Positions 57,082 to 64,000 of a DNA stretch of 64,000 bases are shown here, one piece after another. A program made the translations under genes and the position numbers. The stretch comes from Blepharisma stoltei ATCC 30299 (lineage: Eukaryota > Protista > Ciliophora), in NCBI GenBank assembly GCA_965603825.1, contig CBFDEM010000005.1:682001-746000 (forward strand), read 5' to 3'. The notes under the pieces were generated by a model, which saw nothing but the letters and a program-made list of their open reading frames with translations, was not told where the DNA came from and did not search any database. Positions within the stretch are counted from its first letter, which is position 1, and each line of letters starts with the position of its first letter.

Positions 57082-60000
57082 ATGGTATGGACACTTCTTC
57101 TTTTTATTTGCTCGTTGTCCCTATCAAATGCAGGAACCCGCAAAATAAGTGATGTTTACTTACTATTACCACAAACGCTTCATGCTCCAAACGCTAGACA
57201 TGTCCATTACAAAATCCAAGCTTACGAAGGATGTTATCGCTGGAGCACGGCCAATCCAAAAGTAGTCGCCCTTACAGAAATTCCTGGTGGAATATTACCA
57301 ATGAACTCAGAAGGTTCAGATACAAACCTTATGCGAGATTCTTATGGGAAAAATTGCTACCCAGAATCAGTGTTAGAACCTGTGGCTACTGTAGATCGCC
57401 CGCCAGTCACTCTCGTTACTGCAGCTGATCAATGTAAGATTTTATATAGTAAATAATGGCCAGATCCTCAAATGTGAGGTCAAGGTAGAAAAAATTGTTC
57501 GCTTAGAGATTTTGACCACAGTCAAAAGTTTCAGAGTCCAAGATCATCAGCGACTATTAGCACAAGCCTATGATGCCGAAGGCAACGTGTTCTCCAGCTT
57601 AGAAGGGCTTCGCTTCAGATGGCAGATAGTCTCAGGCTCTGACGCTATGGGAATTCCACGGCTTAAAGACTCTTTAGTCACTTCAAGCGAAGTCAGACGC
57701 GAAATCGAGAACTCAAACTACCAAAGTGACATCATTCTTGTCGAAGGCAAGTCTACTGGCATTGCAAACATCACCCTCAAGATTGAGGAGCCTGGCTACG
57801 AAGACATCCCAGTGGCTTGGACCATTATTTCTATCTCTGAGCCATTCACAATAATCCCTTCAACTGAAATCATCGTCCCAGTCAGATCATTTGTTAAATA
57901 CAGAATTTTCAAGGTGTTCGAAGGGAAACTCTACAAAGAAATCGACCTGCCAAGCAAAGAATTCAAGTGGTCGACGCCTTTTGCTAAGCTTTTAGAAGTA
58001 AAAGACTCAGGCGAGCTTTTCACATTAGACGAAAAAGGGATTGGACATATAGTGGTTCACGACACCAAAATAGAAAGCAACACCCTTCAATGCGAAGTCA
58101 ACGTGGTAGCCCCTGACAGGATGGTTATCATTGTAGAGCCTTATAAAGCTGAAAGCCCACCTAAACGAAGCTACAATGCAGAAGAATTTTTAGAGCTTTC
58201 TAACCCTAAAGAGTCTCCAAAATCTAACTGGAATTTAATTTCAGGTCAAACTTATTCATTAAAAATCAAGCTTTTTTGGAGGAATAAAGAAATTTTGATA
58301 CCAGAAAACGCGAATTTCAAGGTCACTTTTCAGCAGCCGGAATTTTGGGATGTTACTTCAAAATCTCAGAATGGGGACCATTTGGTGGTGATACCTAAGC
58401 TAGCCCCAGACTATGTGAATAATATTTTGCCTACCAAAATCTATGGGAAGCTGGAAGTAGTTAAAAGCAGAAATTCCAAGCTTCAAGACTGGATCCCAGA
58501 CCCAGCTATTACTGATACAGAAGATGTGACAATTTTGAAGCCTGTCAAAATTATTGAAGAAAGAAGACCTGTCTTGCTTCCTTATTTCGCAGTCCTTACC
58601 CAAGCACCAGACAGAAAAGGACATCTCGCACAAGAATATAAGCTAAAAGTCCAAGGTGGCTCTCCTTCTTTACAATGGGAAACCAGCGACTCCTCAGTTG
58701 CCTCAGTCACTCCAAATGGCATTGTGTATGCCCACAGACTAGGAAATACTATTATATCAGTAATAGACGCCAGCAATAATAATAACAGAGACTCTATCTC
58801 AATAGAAGTCGCAATGGTCGAAAAATTGATTTTTAAAGACGACAGAAAAGAAATCATAAAAGACCACTCTGAGGTCTCTGAAATTGTAGGACTCGCCTCA
58901 CAGAGCCGAAAATTCCATAACTGCTCATCAATTTACTTAGACTGGGAAGTCAGAAAAGGCCAAGATATAGTAAAAGTACTTGAAAAAGGCACAGTCACAG
59001 AAAATAAAAGATTTGATGGAGTTTGTGAAGTAAGAGGACTAGGCGGGGCAAGTGAAGGCCAAGCGCTATTAAGTGTAAAATTGATACATCAAGCAACCGA
59101 AATCAGCTCAAAACAGCCAGAAATAAGGCTTAGCTCAGAAGAAGGGAGAATTGGAGTTTTCCTTCCATTGTCATTAGGAATTCAAGAAAAAGTGGAGGTT
59201 TCTGGGAATAATATTACAAGGACGTTTATTTATGAAAAAAATGCCATTGTGCTGACACCTGGGTCGAGTGCAGCAATTCCACTTGTAGGAGGTCCTTTGC
59301 CATGGGACGATTTCCCACAATATTTCCATGAGCAAGCAACTGATGAGCAGCGATATCTAAATATTCAAATCCAAAGCAAAAAGCTGCCTAGAGACAGAAG
59401 AACATTATACGTAGCCTGTCCTGCAGGAGTAAAAAACAAAGATTTCTCAGTCCAAATATCAGTTTACAATGAAAAATTTGAAGAACTAAGAGCTCCTGGT
59501 CTCTCCACACTAAGCTTAGCAATTGGCTGCTACCTACCTAACGCTATGACCCTGAATTGGCTTAATGACAAAGACTACCTTTCAGACCTAAAATGGAAAG
59601 CTCTGCCTACTTACTATGACAGATTCAATAGAAAGCTTCCTTCAGCCTTCTCTGAAGGCTACTGGGTGATCCTTCACAACCAAGAACTTAAAGTAAACCT
59701 AACTCTCTGGGACAATAAATCCCGCCTGTTCTACAACTTCTCAAGCTCCAATTTAGAATGGAGTTCTGACAAGCCAGAACTGATTTCTTACCTTAACTAC
59801 GAAAACCCAATCCACCAAAAAGCTACTTTAATTGGTATTGATGAAGGCCCAGTCACTTTAGAAGCAAGGATAAATAAACTGCAAGACGGGACTGTTCTTT
59901 ATCCATCAGTCTCAGCAAACCTACACAATGAAGTTGTGAAAAACGTCGAAATCTCACCAAATTCGTACTCTTTGTACCTCCACAAGCAAAATGTGCTAGA

Positions 60001-62869
60001 GCTGTATATCAATTATGGCTCTGGACTATTTGAAATTTCTAGCAATTCTTCTGATATTATCCAATACGCCTATGACGGGTATCGAAAAATCTCAGTATTC
60101 CCTAAGCGCTCAGGCAGGGTCAGTATAAGAGTAGACGACAAAGGACTTCCAGGCTCCCTCCCTGCATTTTCCAATATTCTTGTATCAGGCTTAGCAGCAA
60201 TGGAGCTTAAAGAAGGCGGATTAATCCAAGTAAACTCCACAATTGTGCTTCAGTTAACTGCTTTAGACTCAGAAGGCCGCCCATTTAACTTAAACGAGCA
60301 CAAATGGATGAATTTAGAGCTCCAATTTGGCTCAAGTGACGCATTTAAAGTGATCAGTGTTTCTGACAATTTCTATGAATGGGTGCTCAAAGGAGTCGTT
60401 GTAGGGGATTTCCAAGTCTACGCATATGGTAACAAAATGAAGATTGGTGACGATACGTCTACACAAAGGAGTAATATTGTCCTTATTGACGTATTTCCAC
60501 CGTTAGAGATAATCCCACCTGATGTACTTTTATTGCCTGGGTCAAAATATACATTAAATTACAGAGGTGGCCCTGACCCTTCAAAGTATACATTTTACCA
60601 AATTTATTTGAACTGGATCATGACTGACGATAAAGTCGCTATTATTGACTCTACTACAGGTCTTTTAACCACGCTAAAAGTAGGAGAAACACCTATTAAT
60701 TTACAAATGCTGAGGAAACGAGAAGTCCTTACCCAAGCTTTTGGAAGAATCAGAGTAAAACTTGCTACAAGTGTAGGGATTTTAGGTATGGGACCTGGAA
60801 GATCAGTCTTAAAAGACAGCGCCACAAGGCTAGTAGCTGTAATATACCATAATGGCGAAACTTTTACAGATGGGAACACCAATATTGACTATACTTGGAA
60901 AAGCAACAGCCCAACTGTATACTCTATTTTCCAAGAAGGTGACGACATCGGCAAACAAATAGCAGTAACTGGCTTAGCCTTAGCAGGTGGTAAAAGTGAT
61001 ATCACCTTACACGTAGAAATCCACTACCCTGCTGAGTACAAGGGAAATGAACATCTTTTTAACTCAAAAGTGACGGCCTCAGTCGACCAAAGCTTGATCT
61101 CCCAAACTCCATCTCACCGTTGTATATCTTATTTATCCTATGACTGTCAAGAAGAGTTTTCTAGGTGGATGGACTCAACCATTTTCCTTATGCCAATCTA
61201 TTCTCAGTTTAAGCTGCCTTCTAATAAAGAAGACAAAGCTACATTTAGGTGCCTTGAGTGCAGAGAAGAGCTCATAAAAGTATCTGACCAAGGAGTAGTC
61301 ACAGCTGGGTCACAGAAAGGAGAAGCCAGCATTATTATCCACCATGCCAGGGTTAAAGGCGATTTTCACCCAGTCAATATTGCAGTCACTGATATTGAGT
61401 CCATTTTGATAGACAAAGCTTATTTGTCAAGGTCAATGGCACTTGGCTCTGAGCTAGAGTTTAGTGTGATTTGTCAAGATCTTATGGCAAGGAGCTTCCC
61501 AGCTGGATTTGAATATGGGGTCGATATTGGCTTAGAGGTGTCAAATTCAAGGGTGGTGCAGGCATCATTAGAAAATAGAAATTCCACACTGAAAATTAGG
61601 TCACAGTATGTAGGAGATACCCTTGTGAAGGTTTTCTTGAATAGCAACCCATTAGTGAAAGATATCATTTTGGTATCTGTAAGCTCAGTTATGAGACCTG
61701 TCGCCCCTGTTTTGTTACATTTAGGAGGAGAAGTGCAGTTCCAGACAACTCACTCGACACCTGCAGGAGTTGAAGGCAGCTGGAGTGTAGAAAATCCTAA
61801 CATTGTGTCTGTTGACAGCCGCGGCTATGTCAAATCTTTACAAGAAGGAGAAACCTACATCCACTACAAAGAAAAAAGCATGGACCTCAAAAGCCTAGTC
61901 GTCGTCAGCAAGATCAAAGCTATAAATCTCGCCCCTGGTGCTCCTTCCCACATCACGAACTATGAAAAGCACCCCCACTACCAAGAAAACTACAAAATTC
62001 CTCTAAAACTCTATCTAGACTCAGAAAAAACAAAAGAATTAGCTCCTACAAGAGACGAAGACAAAAAATTAATAAAACAAAACATCAGCATGAGATGTAT
62101 AACTCCCAGTCACTCTGAATGGGTAACCGTTAGCAGTGCAGAAGACAAAACTAGCCGATCTGAAGAGCCAAATAGCTACTCTTGTATTATTACTCCTATA
62201 CAAAATCCTGCATCTATTTCTATCCCTCCAAAGGAAATTGCAATAAAAGTCATTTTCAGTGCTAAAGATAAATCACTTTATACTCAGGAAGCCACTGTAT
62301 ATCTTCCATTTATATCAAAATTTGTCATCCCTACGTCAGATAAACAAGTTATCTTGTCAGGGAGGGTTACCAAACATGTGGTACAAATAGGTGGAAACTG
62401 CCAGACGATACAGGCGAATTCTGATTTGTCGTTAATTACTGTTCAAAAGTCAGAAGTCAGCGGAAAATGCCAGCTGGAAATTGGGATTATGGGTGCGGAT
62501 ACTGATATGAGGCAAAGGAAAGTGGAGGTTATTGATAGTGTCACAGGGCAAAAAGAAGATATTTATGTGACTTATTATGTGGAAGCTGGAAAAATTGATA
62601 CTTCAGCGCCTTTTAGCTTGCATGATTTGCTAGTTATAGTGGCTTTAGCATTTTTAGTTTACATTCTTTATTATTTCTTCAAGAGTTCGCCACCTGGACA
62701 TACACCGGTGAGGATCCCACAAGCTCAGTCTGGAATGCATCAGCCAAGAGCTCCACAAGCACATTTATTCCCACAGCCTATGAGGCAAACTCCAAATATA
62801 TCTGCAGGACCTGCTTCATCACCTGGATCATCAGCTTATAAACAAACAGCGTATAGGCCAAACTATTAG
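57082..62869 (+). CDS. NUP210: Nuclear pore membrane glycoprotein gp210, 1 intron, ~1923 aa
   Basis: Signal peptide, LLLP, GCYRWS, GQILKCEVKV, AYDAEGNVFSSLEGLRFRW, Ig-like repeats (W.S....A.V..G), VFPPL, C-terminal TM. Confidence 0.9.
57434..57449 (+). other. 16-nt intron GTAAGATTTTATATAG
   Basis: Restores the frame (ADQ|LNNGQILKCEV) between ORFs 57082 and 57512. Confidence 0.9.
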
Positions 62870-63192
62870 GTAAATTAGAATAAAATTTAATTCTTTGGTA
62901 ATAATCTTGGCTTCTAAAATTTTTTATAATTTTATAGGATTATAAAGCGATAAAAATTTAAAATTATTTTTACTTTAAACAAAAAAGCCAAAAAAATCTT
63001 TTCTTGATAATTCTAAAATAATAAGTTTTCAATAGGGTTTTTGCATTATAAAGTATTGATATGCTTAGAAATTCTAAATTATCTAAAACATGTGATGATT
63101 TAAGTATATTTTGGTTTTCAGACACTATGCGTTTTTTATGATAAAAAGCTTATCCATATTAATTTAAAACTGGCAATAAAAATTAAAATTAA

Positions 63193-63912
63193 ATGATATA
63201 TGAAAATCTAGATTTATCTAGGTGCTTTCCAGCAGCTATGGAAGCGTTTGTGTATTCAAATTCAGCTTCTATGAATTTCGCGCCAAATCTTTTTCCTTTT
63301 TACTATGTCAATCCAATGTTTAACCAGTCTTCTACATTCCCACAAGCAGTTTCACCAATAATATCAGAGAACCAGAACGTAGATATTATTGAAAACCCAG
63401 AAGAAAAACTCCCAGATCCAAGAACTTTATTAGCAAGAAGAAGGCTCAACAGGTCCTTGAAAAATAAGAGGTGAACATTTGAAGAAGATACACAGCTGAT
63501 AGGCCTAATAAAAACCTATTCTTTAGATTGATATAAAATTTCTGCAAAAATGAAAGATCGAGCTCCAGATGCTTTAAAAAACAGATTTTATGGAGTATTA
63601 AAAAAGAACTTACCAGCTCAATTAATTAAAGAGTTGGATTATTCGATTAGGACTACAAGGCAGATAAAGAAAGATTCTAATATAAAACCTTATATTGCTG
63701 ATGAATGAGCAGAAGAAACAAACACAAAAATAATAGAAAGTAGCATAAAAGAATTAGAAGCAGATTTACAGCATTCCGAAGCGTTGCCAAAAAATGAAAA
63801 AAAAATTCTTTTAGAAAAACTCAAAGGAAATATGGATAAATTAGAAGAGCATTTGAGCCTTGTAAGAAATCAGATCATTACATTAAGCACAAAATCGCTT
63901 GCTAGTAATTAA
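63193..63912 (+). CDS. Single-repeat Myb/SANT protein with C-terminal coiled coil, 239 aa
   Basis: KR-W(TGA 63472)-TFEED.QL..LD-W(TGA 63529)-YKIS..MKDR...LKNRFY; third TGA 63706; ends TAA 63910-63912. Confidence 0.85.
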
Positions 63913-64000
63913 TATAACGAAAAAATAATATTAAAAATCAAAAAAATAAATATTCTTATATTATTTTATTTATCTATAATTAAAATATATAAATTGTTAA

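Noticed and set aside
199-63708. Many genes apparently broken by stops or frameshifts (pseudogenes or sequencing errors)
   Set aside because: Every break is either a TGA, often at a conserved Trp, or a consensus 15/16-nt intron.

Overview
AT-rich, very gene-dense eukaryotic DNA, most consistent with the macronuclear (somatic) genome of a heterotrich ciliate, probably Blepharisma (inferred from the code and intron type, not from a database match). Two properties explain why the standard-code ORF track is fragmented. (1) TGA is read as Trp: about 39 in-frame TGAs, many at invariant Trp positions of Myb, MORN, kinase HPW, DPCD and SCP-phosphatase motifs, while genes end in TAA/TAG. (2) There are 11 tiny 15/16-nt GT-AG introns, all with an A at -6. 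Applying both rules gives about 41 intact genes, among them PIN1, HDAC1, an AMPK/MARK-like kinase, ARL8, ALYREF, WDR4, LAMTOR2 (absent from the ORF track), DPCD, NUP210, a CDPK, a gamma-CA, two Myb and two MORN proteins, several axonemal proteins and a ~2190-aa surface protein. The most notable items are a 1120-aa PB1/Ubl/U-box-like/vWA/E2/U-box fusion (a putative self-contained E2-E3 ubiquitin ligase), a kinase whose ATG only exists after splicing of a 16-nt intron, two divergent genes whose start codons share one CATG palindrome, and strongly gene-specific TGA-versus-TGG use. I saw no RNA genes, transposons, CRISPR arrays or telomeres.
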